From contig OZ024743.1 of assembly GCA_964016885.1 (NCBI GenBank), forward strand, positions 295,058,001-295,122,000: a stretch of DNA of 64,000 nt. The letters are read 5' to 3'. The DNA comes from Eledone cirrhosa (Eukaryota). Below, one piece after another: positions 40,701 through 53,896 of this stretch. Below the pieces are notes generated by a model. The model did not search any database. It was given only the letters and a program-made list of their open reading frames with translations, and was not told the DNA's origin. Made by a program: the position numbers and the translations under genes. How positions within the stretch are numbered: the stretch's first letter is position 1; every line of letters begins with the position of its first letter.

Positions 40701-43700
40701 TCCTCACCAATCTGCTCAGACTTTTTGAACTGTCTGACAGGTATCGACTGGATCACCCGAATGTGCCAATGTGGACATGGACAAACCGCATCGGGTCATC
40801 CAGATCGTATCTCGATAGGGTATTCTGCAGAGAACTAGATAAGGCTAGTATAAGTTGTCCACAATTTAAAATAGTCGACTACAAAAGCCACACATTTGTG
40901 ATCTGTGAGATCGACATAAATAGACTTCAGAGACAAGGACCCGGTTACTGGAAGCTGAACGCATCTTTCCCGGCGCGCAAGGCCTACAGAAACCGGATTA
41001 GTGTATTACTTAAGCGGGCGTTGACGGGAGCGGACGTCAACAACAGGTGGTGGTTCGCCCTAAAAAGGGCAATTAAAGTAGAGTCGATTAGCTTTAGCAA
41101 ACGGCTAGTGATAGAGGAAATTAGAGTAGAGGGAGAGCTAGTAAGAAAGCTAGAAGAGGCGTTTAGGACAAGCATCGCAACAGACGTGCTTGCGGCGAGA
41201 TTGGCACTTGACCAATTCTTCAACGCAAAACACGAAGGCTGCGTTGTCAGAGCTAGAGCGCGTGCTCTGAAACACGAGGGGACAAAAGCCGTCCAATGGG
41301 CCCGGGTGGCAGAGGCAGGGCCTGGCAACAAAGCCACAATTCGATCTTTATATGATCAAAATGGGCGCGTGTTGCTCGAACCCGAGCAGATGTGTGAAGC
41401 TTTTCAGCAGCACTTTGCTGAACTGTTCGGGAGCAGCGGCGGGCCGGATCGTGGTATGGATTTCAGTGCATACTCGACGGACTGCCTCGGCTATCGACGA
41501 CCGCAGCACAGTGTTGCGATAAGCCAATAACAGCCGGTGTAATACGGAAGCGATGGCTAACTGCACGAGGGGTAAATCGCCAGGTTTGGATGGTCTGCCC
41601 TACGAGCTTTATACATTTATGCCAGACTAGTTCGCTGACCTCTTGGCAGACGCCTACTGCAACTGGAAGCAGAACGGGAGCATTCCCAGTTTTGTGAGCC
41701 GGGGAGTGGTGGCGCTGCTGAGAAAAGCCCCGAAAAAGGGGAATGTTATCGATAATTTCAGGCCCATAACCCTGCTAAACGCAGAGTTCAAGAATTTGGC
41801 CAAGGTGTTAGCAACGAGGTAGGCGCTTGTCGTCAAGGGTCTGGTGGGAGACGCGCAGACATGCGCCATTCCGGACAGATCCATACACCTCATGCGATAC
41901 ATCATAGAGAGGGTGGTTAAGGAACCTGGCGCGGGTGGGGCCCTGATCATTTTGGATAAATCGAAAGTATTCGAGAGGGTCGACCAACGGTACCTTGCGG
42001 CGGTCCTCGAGGCAGCCGGTTTCGCGCCCGTTTTCAAGGGTTGGATCGCTGCGATGTACAGCGACATCTGCTCAGTTGTGAGGGTGGACGGTCACCTGTC
42101 GCAGACATTCAGCTTCATGCGCTCGGTCCGCCATGATGTCCCCTCTAATTCTTCTTGTACGTATTGGCTTTCGAGCCGTTACTGCACAAACTGGGGGCGA
42201 TGAGGGGCGTCCCACGCGAACTAGCGTGCGGAAAATCCGAGTCGGCTTACCGACGACTTCACCGTTTTGGTGTCGAGCACCAGACGCGTCCAAATGCTCG
42301 GCAGCGCTCTCAAGGAATACGAAGCGGTGACAGGAGCAAAGATAAACCAGGAAAAGTCAGTGGGCTTGCATCTCGGCACCTGGAGAGGCAAGTCCATGCC
42401 GTCCGACAGCGTCGTGGGGCGTTGGACAGACAGACCGGTTAAATTGCTCGGGGTCCGGTTCGGACCGGACCTCCAGATGGTGAAAAACTGGAACGAGGTG
42501 ACGAGCAGGGTGGCCTCATTCACCCAGAAATGGGCCGAGAGGAAGCTGTCCTTGAAAGGCCGGGCGGAGGTGGCGAATGCGTACATCGCATCGTCATCTG
42601 CTACCGCTTCACAGTCGTCCCTTGCTCCAGCCCAACTCTCACCAAAATGGAGCGCCTCCTCTTCCGCTTTTTGTGGAAGGGACGCGCTCCCATGCTCAGA
42701 CGATCCATCTGCTGTCAACACCCGTTGCGTGGAGGACAGGGCATGTCATGGCTGATGATGTGCAAACATGCGGTGAGACGGCGACATATCTGGTGCTTCC
42801 TTGACGGTGAACAGGTGTGGTCGCCGTTCGCCAGGCACGTTTTCCCACAGCTCGTCTCCTTGACGGAGCTGCAGTCCTGGGTCAGAAAAAGACCGAGGAA
42901 TAGCGCTTGGAAACTGGAATGTCTCCAGGCGCTCACTGCCGTCCGCCAGCTAGGCACGAGTATCGGTGGAACTTCCACCTCGGCGTTCTATAGAGGACTA
43001 GTGGAGGGGAAGAGCGACGACATTCTCGGAGAGATCCTGGGCGTCGAAGAAGATTTTGCTCTCTTCCGGAGCACGTTCAGCCCGGGGCCTATAGATAACT
43101 TCCCAAAATCCCTGGCCTGGCAGTGCTACCGGGGAGCGCTGCCGCTTTGAGATAAGCTCTACAGGCACGGAAGTGCCGTCAGCCGAGCCTGTCCGAGATG
43201 CGCGCAGATCGACGAAACCGTCGTGCACGCACTCGTTTAGTGCCCGAGCATTGCTGACTTGTGGAGCTATGTCGAACAGCTGCTGTCGCGTGTAGGACTG
43301 ATCCGGTTATCGACTGAGTCCATTGTGCAGATGGTCTCGCCATCTTCCTTCGAGGAGGAAAGGCAGGCGGTTTTCATCTGCCTGGTGGCCATGGCGAAAG
43401 CGATTGTATGGTGGACAAGGTTAAAAGGGTTAAAGACAGACACTTTCCTCTTCGGCGAATCTCTGATTAACTTTTTCAAATTTCACTTGAAGAAGAAAAT
43501 CAGGGTGGAGAGGCAAGTCCTGCCTTCTAGCAAGTTTGTTGAAAGGTGGGTGAATGTAGCGAGAATGGTCCGAGTGAACAGGACCGTTCTGAATATACGT
43601 CTGTAGTTTGAGAAATGGAAAAATTGAGAGAGCGCGCTTGCCCTGGTGGTCAGGGTGGTCGTGATACTTTGAGTGGTTTTCGCCACAAGTAACCCTCGGA

Positions 43701-43918
43701 GGTTTCCCCCTATTGGCGAATTTTTCATTGTTTCAATTTTCATTTTTATTGTTTATATAAATATATGTTTCTATGTCCTTTTTTTTCTTTTCTTATATAA
43801 ACAATAAAAATATTTACACGCACAAAACCCACATCGTACCGTCCTGTGCCGCATGTACTGTTTTTCTTGATGTCAACCCTTGTGGCCAATAAAGAGATCA
43901 TTGTTATTATTATTATTG
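37703..43918 (+). mobile_element. Full-span but chimeric and decayed L1/Tx1-clade LINE (ORF1 37929-~39805; ORF2 39847-43606)
   Basis: ORF1 has CFVCGEATHLQAFC; ORF2 starts MAILRVGSLNVRGL. The APE N-terminus is present twice (39847-40257 and 40262 onward). RT and C-terminal CCHC carry frameshifts; (att)n tail. Confidence 0.92.
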
Positions 43919-46670
43919 TTCTTTGAGTCTCAGTCATTGATGTTAGTTAACTGGAAAGTTTGTTGAAATGAATATCAAACCACTACCTACAGCCTCAGAT
44001 ATTCAGGACGTATCGGAGGGTTCTTGCTGTTCCCAGCAAGCATGCCTTTCGAAGCGTTCCAAAAAGCGTGAAGGGGCCAATTTTCTTTACCATCCCTGGA
44101 AACTTTTTGAGATAGTACCTAGTGCGCCTATGACAATCGGGACCACTTTGACTTATTATTATTATTTATATTATTATTATTATTATTATTATTATTGTTG
44201 TTCTTTGAGTCTCAGTCATTGATGTTAGATAACTGGAAAGTTTGTTGAAATGAATATCAAGCCACTACCTGCAGCCTCAGATATTCAGGACGTATCGGAT
44301 GGTTCTTGCTGTTCCCAGCAAGCATGCCTTTTGAAGTGTTCCAAAAAGCGTGAAGGGGCCAATTTTCTTTAACCATCCCTGGAAACTTTATCAGATAGTA
44401 CCTAGTGCGCCTATGACAATCGGGACCATTTGACTTCATGGCAGTTCCAAATCCATTTTACCTCCCACTTTAAGTCCTGGTATCGGTTAATTTTCTCCCT
44501 CTCCTTCTCTTGCACTCTCGTGTCGAATGGGCAGGCCACATCCACAATCAGGTACGATCTTTTTTCTTTGTCCAAAACCACCAGGTCAGGTCTGTTGTGT
44601 TCCAATTTCTTGTCCGTCTGTATCCTAAAATCCCACAGCACCTTCACCTGATCGTTTTCTATCACCGACTCAGGCTTATGCTCATACCACTTCTCAGAAT
44701 GTCGTAAATTGTTTACTTTGCATAGGTGCCAGTGGATCTCCCTGCCCATCACATCATGTCTCCAGCCCTTATAGTGAGTCTGGGCTAGATGTTTACACTC
44801 GGATACAATGTGATCTACAGTCTCCTCTCTCTCTCTCCACAGATCCTGCACAGTGGGCTAGCCTCCTCCTTGCAAATATGGTGTTTCAACCACTTCATTT
44901 TGAGGGCCTGCTCTTGCGCAGCCATTAACATTCCTTCTGTAGCCTTTTTAAGGTCTCCTCTTTTCAACCAGTCCTCCTTGTCAATATGGTGTTTCACCCA
45001 CTTCGTTCTGAGGGATTGCTCTTGCGCAGCCATTAGCATTCCTTCTGTAGCTTTTTTAAGGTCTCCTCTTTTTAACCAGTTCCATGTCTGTGGATCTCTA
45101 AATTCCGTTTTCTTAAAGAAGGTACTATGAAGGGATTTTTTATGAAGGTTGCTCTTCCTCCCTGGACATCTCCTGGTCTATTGTTTTCTCCTTCAGTACA
45201 GTTTTGAGCATTGGCTCCCTACTCTCAGTCACATATTTGTACAGGTTGTTTTTCTCCATCTGAACACAGTCCTCTATGCTGATAAGACCTCTTCCACATT
45301 CAAATCTCTTTAAGTTGAGTCTATCGACATCACTCCTCTTGTGGAACATGTAGAGCCTTCCTAGTCCTCCTATCCATTTCTTTTTGTTCAGCAACATTCC
45401 ATTTCAGAATTCCCGCACTGTACCTAATAATAGACACAGTTCGGGAATTTACTGCACTTATGACATTCCTACTATTTAGATGTGATTTTAATACGCTCGT
45501 TACTCTCCTTACGTACTCAGATCTTATCAATTCCTTCATTTGTTTGTTCATCTGCCTCCAGAACACCTAAATATTTTTACCGCTCTTCAGTGTCCATTTC
45601 CTTTATCATCTCACCTGTTGGTATCTGGATTCACTAGGACTTCACACTCATTAATACCAAATTCCATACATATATATCATTGCTAAAAATACGGACAGTG
45701 TCAATAAGTACATCCAACTCCTTCACACTCTTCTCAAAAAGTTTAAGATCGTCCATGAATAGGAGGTGGTTGATGGTAAGCTCTCCTCTTCCCAACTTGT
45801 ATCCTGCTCTCACTTTTCGCAATATAACAGATAGGGTATCAGGGCAAGGACAAACAGCAGAGGGGACAAACTATCTCCATGGAAGATACCTCTCTTGATC
45901 TTCACGGCTACCAAGGATTCTCCAGCTGATGTTAACTCTGTTTCCCAGGACTTCATACTTTTGCTCAACAACTGTCTGATGCTATCTGCCTCCTTGAAGA
46001 TCTCTAGGCTTTTGGTGATCCAAGAATGAGGTACCATGTCGAATGCCTTTTTGTAATCTATCCATCCCATGGCAAGACCAGTGTGCCTCTTCTTGCAATT
46101 CCTCATTACCATCTTATCAATAAATAACTGGTTTTTTGTACCACGGGACTTCTTTCGGCATCCTTTCTGTTGGTCCGGTAACAAGTTGTTTGTGTGGAGG
46201 TGATGGTAGATTTCCTCAGACACAATGCTTGTTAACAGTTTCCACATTACGGATAGACATGTGATAAGTCTATAGTATGTAACATCCTTACCATTGATTC
46301 GGTCTTTCATTATCAGAACTGTGGTACCTTTTGTCAACCACTCTGGTATTTCACCCGACATCAAGCAGTCATTGAACATGGTTGTCAGTTTCGGGTGGAG
46401 GGATGTTATATTTTTAATCCAATACACCTGCACACCATCTGGGCCTGGTGATTTCCAGTTGGTTAGATTTTTGGCCTGCCCTTTAAGAGTTTCAACTGCG
46501 ATACTCAAATCAGGTTGTTGGTGTGCTTGTTCACTAATCTCCTTTTGAACTGTCTCAATCCACACTGCCTGACTATTATGTTCAACATCCTGCTCCCATA
46601 TTCCTCTGCAGAATGTCTTAGTTTTTTCCGCCTCAGGGATCACGTCGTTGCCTCTTTCTTCTTCTCCATC
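43900..46670 (-). mobile_element. 5'-truncated R4/Dong-like retrotransposon (RT, CCHC, RLE) with duplicated 3' end
   Basis: KSPGPDGV, QKGC, WIDYKKAFDMVPH, GIFHGDSLSPLLF, HLLFMDDLKL, CRICG..EETVDHIVSEC, RHD and NRPDL. 3' ~240 bp present twice (43912-44152, 44197-44434); ~108-bp internal duplication at 44875-45082. Confidence 0.92.
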
Positions 46671-47031
46671 TTCTTCTTGTGTATCATCATCTCTGACATA
46701 AAACTAAAAGTTCAGTGCATGAGAAGAAATACCTAATGGATTCGTTTGAAAACATTTTTGTCCAAGTATTGATGAATTGTATTAAAAAATAAAAGTTAAG
46801 AATTCGATGACATTACGACAGGCTTTCTAAATCGATTCATCAAAAACAATATGGCACGGTAATTAATGAAGTATGATAGAGTACGTTGTCCACTCAAATA
46901 TTTCGTCGTAATTTACCCCGGTATATACATTATTTTAGACAGATGAGTGTTTCATCACACTAAAAATCAATCTTCCTTTGCTCTTAACAATGACTAGTAG
47001 TAAGATAATGTGTCTCACGGATCTAGATATA

Positions 47032-47225
<194 letters not shown>

Positions 47226-47227
<2 letters not shown>

Positions 47228-47780
47228 GAAATAGTCTATCGCTCTACATCGCTGAATACAATAAATGTAATCTGATTTTTTTCGAATATTAATAATAATA
47301 TTTGATTCGTTTGCAATTATGCAAAGGGCTTCTTTTTACATTTATTGTATTGAGCAATGTAGAGCGATAGACTATTTGTTAGTTATTTGAATATGGCAAA
47401 CCGGTCATTAATCGCTCGTATACGTGAGACTGACTGGCCTATCTGCTGATATGCAAATCTGGCTGATCAGTGGGTCTGCTAATAAGCAGATATGACTGAT
47501 AGGCCAATCTGATAATATGCAAATCAGTCTGATCAGTCACTACTATATTTTAGAAAATATCATATATGTTCACTAGCTTTGAGAGTCGGCAGGTGAGCAG
47601 TATACTGCACTGATGAATGGTAATTACCCAGAAACATTAATATCTGCAGTTCTGTTTACATGCCAATACAGGAGCAAGAATGACGAGGGGAGGTCATTCT
47701 ACTGACATGGCTTTAAAACATGGGTGTTTGCATAATTGCAAACGAAAGAAATGTTTTTATTAATTTTCGAAAAACTCAGA

Positions 47781-47787
<7 letters not shown>
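47226..47787 (+). mobile_element. Non-coding HHR element: ~450-nt unit plus an inverted fragment spanning the unit end-start junction
   Basis: 47229-47270 is the reverse complement of 47336-47377, and 47265-47325 is the reverse complement of 47727-47786. HHR at 47604-47650; flanked by (TA)n. Confidence 0.8.
47604..47650 (+). ncRNA. Type I hammerhead ribozyme
   Basis: actgca-CTGATGA-a tgg taattac cca-GAAA-cattaata-TC-tgcagt. Confidence 0.82.
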
Positions 47788-47868
<81 letters not shown>

Positions 47869-48058
47869 GTAATCTGAGTTTTCTAAGTCAAATAATTATA
47901 TTATGTATATTTATGGATGATAATTTGTTTAAGTTTCAACTCTTTCTTGACAGACATGTTATGAGCAGAGGCGAAACAAAAGTCTTTTCGTCAGTGACAT
48001 AAAACGTAACTATACACACGCGCGCGTACACAAACATATACGCATGCAGGCAGACACA

Positions 48059-48104
<46 letters not shown>

Positions 48105-49254
48105 CAAAACATATGGTTACGGGTTATGTATGTATATATATGTACATTATTATTATAATTATTATATGTTAGATATGCCTTACACTCAAGATTAAACCGT
48201 TTTGATAAATACATACACACAAACACACACATATATATACATTATATTATATCATTATATTATATTCATATATACCTACGCATATGCCTCTATATGCATG
48301 TACCATACGTATGTGTGCGTATGTTTGTGTATGTGTTCGTATATGCATGTATATATGTGCATGTATGTTTGATAGCTTGTGGGAATTATTGCAATCAATT
48401 TAGTTATTCATGTTTGGTGCGTATTAATTCGTATCATCTCGGCAACGAACAATTCTGCATGGATTTAATCTCAATTGCGTCTTCATTTCCAACAGATATC
48501 TTTCTTCATCACTGAACACACACGTGAAAGAACATCGCCACATGTAAATCGTTTGACTCGGAGATATATCGAATTAAGACGGCCAGAAGTTTAACAGGAG
48601 ATAAAACGAGAGGAATGGTCGCATGCCAGAGTGTCAGATCTGTAAAGAGAAGCAAGGCGTTGAAGTAAGTATACTGATGTTTCATTTGAACGTGATAAAA
48701 GTAATTCCCAGTCTTATGAGTGAGATCAATAGTTTCATGAATTCACTGTAACAAAATAATCCTCTTCGGAGATGAAATTCCGGAAGCAAATAACGCAATC
48801 TAACGAAATCAACTCCTTAAGCAATATGAATGAATTATACGACCGAGTTATTCAATTGTAAACTCAACATTGAAAGTTAATTTCGACTAGAATATCCTCA
48901 AGCTATATACATAAGACACCGATTGAAGAAAACACAGACACTCACTAAAGTTGATTTCACAGCTTTATAACAATTCATTAATAAATCATGTTATTTTGGT
49001 AAAGTATAACCTTCAAATTATACCCCAGTGAGAATTTCGACTAAGCATTGCGAGGAAAACGTAGTGACACTGGAAACTATTCGCTAGGCTTAACAGTATG
49101 AGGTTTGCTAAACACGATTCTTATACATAATTAAGCAAAGTGAGCCAGTGAGAAGTAAATCTCTGGAATACAAAGCGGTGATTTTGATGGGCTTGAGAAT
49201 ATTAATCGAGCGGATTAGTTGTCTCATATATATACATACATAAATACATACATA

Positions 49255-49310
<56 letters not shown>

Positions 49311-49450
49311 AATATAAAATCTATATGCTGCTGATATGTATTGAATGGTCACTCTTATAATGACAGAGGTTCGTTTATGCACAAAGCACAGACATTAAAT
49401 TTATATATCGATGTACTGATATGCGTGGGCCTGAGTGTATTATGTATGTA

Positions 49451-49554
<104 letters not shown>

Positions 49555-49614
49555 AAGAAAGAGAGAGAGATAGGTAGATAGATGTATGTACGTATATATA
49601 TGTATCTATATATT

Positions 49615-49650
<36 letters not shown>

Positions 49651-50407
49651 CATATATATTTAGAGGGAAGGAGAGAGAGAGAGATTTACTCATTATACTT
49701 GCTATGTATATAGCTTCTAATTTGAATGGAAAGGGATGAGTGATGTATTGGTGTGGATAACCAAAGATGTGTGTTCTACATCCATATACGTCAATCTCAT
49801 CCTTTTCCATTTTTAGAGTGTTTTAAAACCCACTATCAGGCTAAAATGTATTTAGTCAAAATGACGGCGAAATCTATTTCAAGCTCCGCTCACTATATTC
49901 AAGAGAAACGCTTGCTTTGATATATATATGTGCATATATATAAAGGTAGGCTCTAAAATATGACTAGTCATAGTACTAGATTGGTGACTGAGGCAAATAA
50001 GAAAACTGAAACTGAAACTGCAATATGAGGAAACCAAACACGAACACCACCGCATCATCCTTCGAGCTGATTAACAAGGGACGCGTTTAGGCCTTAAGTA
50101 GAGGTGCCTGTTCGAATTTTATATTGTAGTTTAGATTTCATGCTACAAAAACTGGCGATGGGTCTGTGACCTGTCCTTGGAGGCCACAAAGATTGCGTTA
50201 TATTTTCTAATTAGTTAAATATTATTCTACATTTTGACAAATAACTTGTGCGTTTTTTCCCAAGGAAGAGTTCACAAAGCTAAGAATCATTTTCACTCGT
50301 CGGCAGACATAGTGTATTGGTGTAAACAATATTTACTTTTCTTTATGTTTAATTAATTTAATTGTGTTCACTAAATATCTATATTATCTCTCCCCCTCTC
50401 TCTCTCT

Positions 50408-50468
<61 letters not shown>

Positions 50469-50503
50469 GATTGCCTCGGAAACATAACCTTATTATGTAA
50501 CAA

Positions 50504-50577
50504 GCTGTCTGACGATGTCACGACACTCGCACACAGGACAGTGTGGCCAGTGTCGTCATTGAAATATATATCACAGT
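50504..50577 (+). ncRNA. Hammerhead ribozyme in the 5' direct repeat
   Basis: gctgt-CTGACGA-...cgacact...agtgtcg...-GAAA-tatata-TC-acagt. Confidence 0.82.
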
Positions 50578-50589
50578 ATTATTATTAAA

Positions 50590-50776
50590 TTGGCAGTATC
50601 GGTAGAGGATTGGATTATGCTTTCCAGCATAGTTACGTCCCTTTACGATCTGAGTTCAATACCCGCCGAGGTTAACTTTGCCTTTCATCCTTACGGGATC
50701 GATAAAATAAAGTACCAGTAATGTACTGGGATAATTGCTAGCCTTGTGCCAAAAAGTAGAAACAATTATTATTAAA
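50590..50776 (+). mobile_element. SINE inserted in the 5' repeat, with 12-bp TSD attattattaaa
   Basis: TSD at 50578-50589 and 50765-50776; the empty site is visible in the 3' repeat at 52158-52169. Confidence 0.92.
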
Positions 50777-51469
50777 AGACTTGAACATCTGAAACTACTT
50801 CGCTTTTCCTTATTCGATATTTACTCCGTCACTCCTATGTGGAAAAAGTACGTTGAGTGCTTGAATTGAATTGCATCAATTTAGCTCCAATTAGTTGAGC
50901 GCTCTAAGATGTAACCGATATGGTGGAGAAGAGAGGAACCAACCATGAGCTGCCCCGGAAATTCCCTCTACCATGGGGATGGAAACCCTTGACACTGGAC
51001 GGACATAATAATAACTTTCGGCAGGATAAATACGCGGAAACAAAAACTAAGATAAACCCCTATTTTCCTGCACCAAATCGCATTTGAACAGAAGCCCCCT
51101 CAATTCAATCTATACATGGACAAATTGACAATCATATGGATCATTTTGCATATATCTACTCTGTGTTTTTGCATTTATTCATTATTGGTTCTTTTCTTTT
51201 GTGTAATTTATATGTTTTTTTTTGTTTTGTTCATGTGATGGAAATTATGACTATGTTTCAGATTGACTACTGCCTTTAATACGGTAGTTTACCTCCGTTC
51301 TACCGTACGGCACTGTCGTTCAATATGTGGATAGAGTAACTGTGATACTAGAACCCCTCTCAGAACTTCTTACTTAAACATCTCTCTGCATATTATTTAC
51401 TCACTTCAATCTATGTTTTTTTACTCACCTCAATCCGGATTCTCACTTGAAAATTTTTTTAATTTCTAC

Positions 51470-51600
51470 TTGTTAATTTTTTAATTTTTTAATTTTTTAA
51501 TTTTTTAATTTTTTAATTTTTTAATATTTTTATTTTTTTATTTTTTTATTTTTTAATTTTTTTATTTTTTAATTTTTTAATTTTTTAATTTTGTAATTTA
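51470..51600. repeat. (TTTTTTAA)n 8-mer tandem repeat
   Basis: Directly visible. Confidence 0.9.
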
Positions 51601-52083
51601 TAATTTCTGATATTTGATTTAGGATTTTCGATTTTAAATTTTTATTTTTATTTCCAACTCTCACTCATAACTTCCAATGTAAAACATGATACCTAGAATT
51701 AAGTATATTTTCTCTTAGGGGTTGATGGTCAGTTGTACTGTCCATTCTTGGTGAGAGGTATTATTGTGACCTGTAAAAACTAACACTCTCCCATCCCCTC
51801 TGGCTTTCGGCTGACTGCTACAGACGGGATGGGTAGCAGTAAACTATGGTACAGGCCTGAATGGGTCATTGTTTGGCTGAGCGGGGGAACCGGCTAAGCG
51901 AATTTCGTTGAAATCTGCGGTAGCTAATGGTCAACTTCCTTCGGACATGCGCCTGCGCAGACCGGTGGGGATGAATTGGTACTCACAGGAGAACGGATGA
52001 ATAACCCAAAAGCACACACTTTGTCCGTTCCCATGTCGATTCAATTTGGATTGTCTCGGAAACATAACCTTATTATGTAACAA

Positions 52084-52157
52084 GCTGTCTGACGATGTCG
52101 CGACACTCGCACAGAGAACAGTGTCGTCAGTGTCGTCATTGAAATATATATCACAGC
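52084..52157 (+). ncRNA. Hammerhead ribozyme in the 3' direct repeat
   Basis: gctgt-CTGACGA(52089)-...gcgacact...agtgtcgt...-GAAA(52141)-tatata-TC-acagc. Confidence 0.85.
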
Positions 52158-52203
52158 ATTATTATTAAAAGACTTGAACATCTGAAACTACTTCGCTTTT
52201 CCT

Positions 52204-52241
<38 letters not shown>

Positions 52242-52847
52242 AAGGTATATATTGAGTTAGAAACTCAAAATAGTCTCTTACAATAAAATAGCTCTAAGAG
52301 ATTTTTCCGAGCCGTATATTATAATTGAATATAAAAGAAAAACGATCGCATATATATACATATATGTGTTAAAATCGCAAGGGACCAGATTCGCTTAGGT
52401 GAAAAGAATACTAACAATAGGGTTTGCCTGTCTCAGTCACTCTCTCAGTTAGCCTCTTCCTCACACTTTCACTCACTCACTCTCTGCTACTCCCTCTCCA
52501 TCACTTCCTCCCGTTTGACCTGTGTGAAATCCTTTTCTCGCTCATATTTCACCCTGGATGGTCTTTATCTTTCGTCTACGATTTCACAGAACTTATGTTC
52601 ATCGATTTAAGGGACTTGACTCCTTCTTCCTCACTTTTCGTTGCATTACCATCTTGTTTGTTTACATGTCTCGCTCGTTTCACCCTATTTTACGTGTCCC
52701 AACGTCTTTCTTTAGCCGTTGCTCGCACCAACCAGAGGTATATGATCTTCAAAGCGATGAAATACCAATGAAGGCTGGAAGATCACTGATGAAGCACTAA
52801 TTTTATTCATAAGTAACCCATTTGCAACCACGCAGCACGCCATTTAT

Positions 52848-52959
<112 letters not shown>

Positions 52960-53097
52960 CGAAGGAATTGTGGTAAGCAACCAGATGGACCATAACGCAC
53001 TAGAGTACTCAATACTTAGGGTTGTAGAGTGGGTAATAGGAAAAGGTATGACCCGGACGGCAAAGCACAAGCCGTTTCGACGGCTATTTCTGGACTT

Positions 53098-53865
53098 ATA
53101 TATGTAAGTACGTATGTATGTATATGTACATACATATATGCATACAGACGTACAGTAGCATGTATATATATACATACATGCACACATATATATATGCACG
53201 TATCGGTTTACCGAACATTTATTATAATGCTCCGTTTGTTTGTTTGTAAACAAACAAACAGCCTGAATTACTCCGTACAGTGTTTAGGCAACCACGTCAC
53301 GTTTTTGTTCAACACTGACACAGGAACGATGTACTAGTTTCAAGCTTATTAGCTATCGTCAGCATCGTATACCTTCCTGCCAGATGGTTGAAAGTCTGAA
53401 AGTATATACTTTCCTTATGCATATTTATCGTTTTCGGTGTGCCCGGCCGACTGAACTCACTAGATATGCAAATTAGGCTGATCAGCCGTTAATATGCATA
53501 AGGAAAGTATATACTTTCAGACGTTCAACCATCAGGCAGGAAGGTATACAATGCTGACGATAGCTAATAAGCTTGAAACTAGTATATCGTTCCTGTGTCA
53601 GTGTTGAACAAAAAGGTGACGTGGTTGCCTAAACACTGTACGGCGTAATTCGGGCTGTTTGTTTGTTTACAAACAAACAAACCGAGCATTATAATAAATG
53701 TTCGGTAAACCGATACGTGCATATATATATATATGTGTGTGCATGTATGTATATATATACATACAACTGTACGTCTGTATACATATATATATGTACGTAT
53801 ACATACATACTTACATTTAAGTAAGTGCCGTACTAAGAGTGAGAAATGAAATTTCGTTTCATTCT

Positions 53866-53870
<5 letters not shown>
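53098..53870 (+). mobile_element. Palindromic HHR element (family B), ~325-bp arms with a 65-nt spacer
   Basis: 53102-53425 is the reverse complement of 53491-53816. HHRs at 53326-53368 (-) and 53548-53590 (+); tail at 53817-53870. Confidence 0.9.
53326..53368 (-). ncRNA. Minimal hammerhead ribozyme (mirror copy at 53548-53590 +)
   Basis: Reverse complement reads acgatg-CTGACGA-t agct aata agct t-GAAA-ctag-TA-catcgt. Confidence 0.87.

Positions 53871-53892
<22 letters not shown>

Positions 53893-53896
<4 letters not shown>

Larger units (their letters stand above)
50465..52207 (+). mobile_element. Non-coding element bounded by ~160-bp direct repeats, each with an HHR (LTR-retrozyme/PLE-derivative-like)
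   Basis: 50465-50589 plus 50777-50814 matches 52045-52207; no ORF in the body; flanked by (TA)n. Confidence 0.85.

Noticed and set aside
48495-48670. Possible exon (ttccaacag| ... CQICKEKQGVE |gtaagt)
   Set aside because: All three frames contain stops between acceptor and donor, and there is no recognisable homology. A UTR or non-coding exon cannot be excluded without RNA data.
51776-51790. Bona fide telomerase RNA template
   Set aside because: ctaacact is not the 1.5-repeat CTAACCCTAAC needed for TTAGGG, and the locus lies in a repeat-bounded element. Only the topological resemblance is noted.
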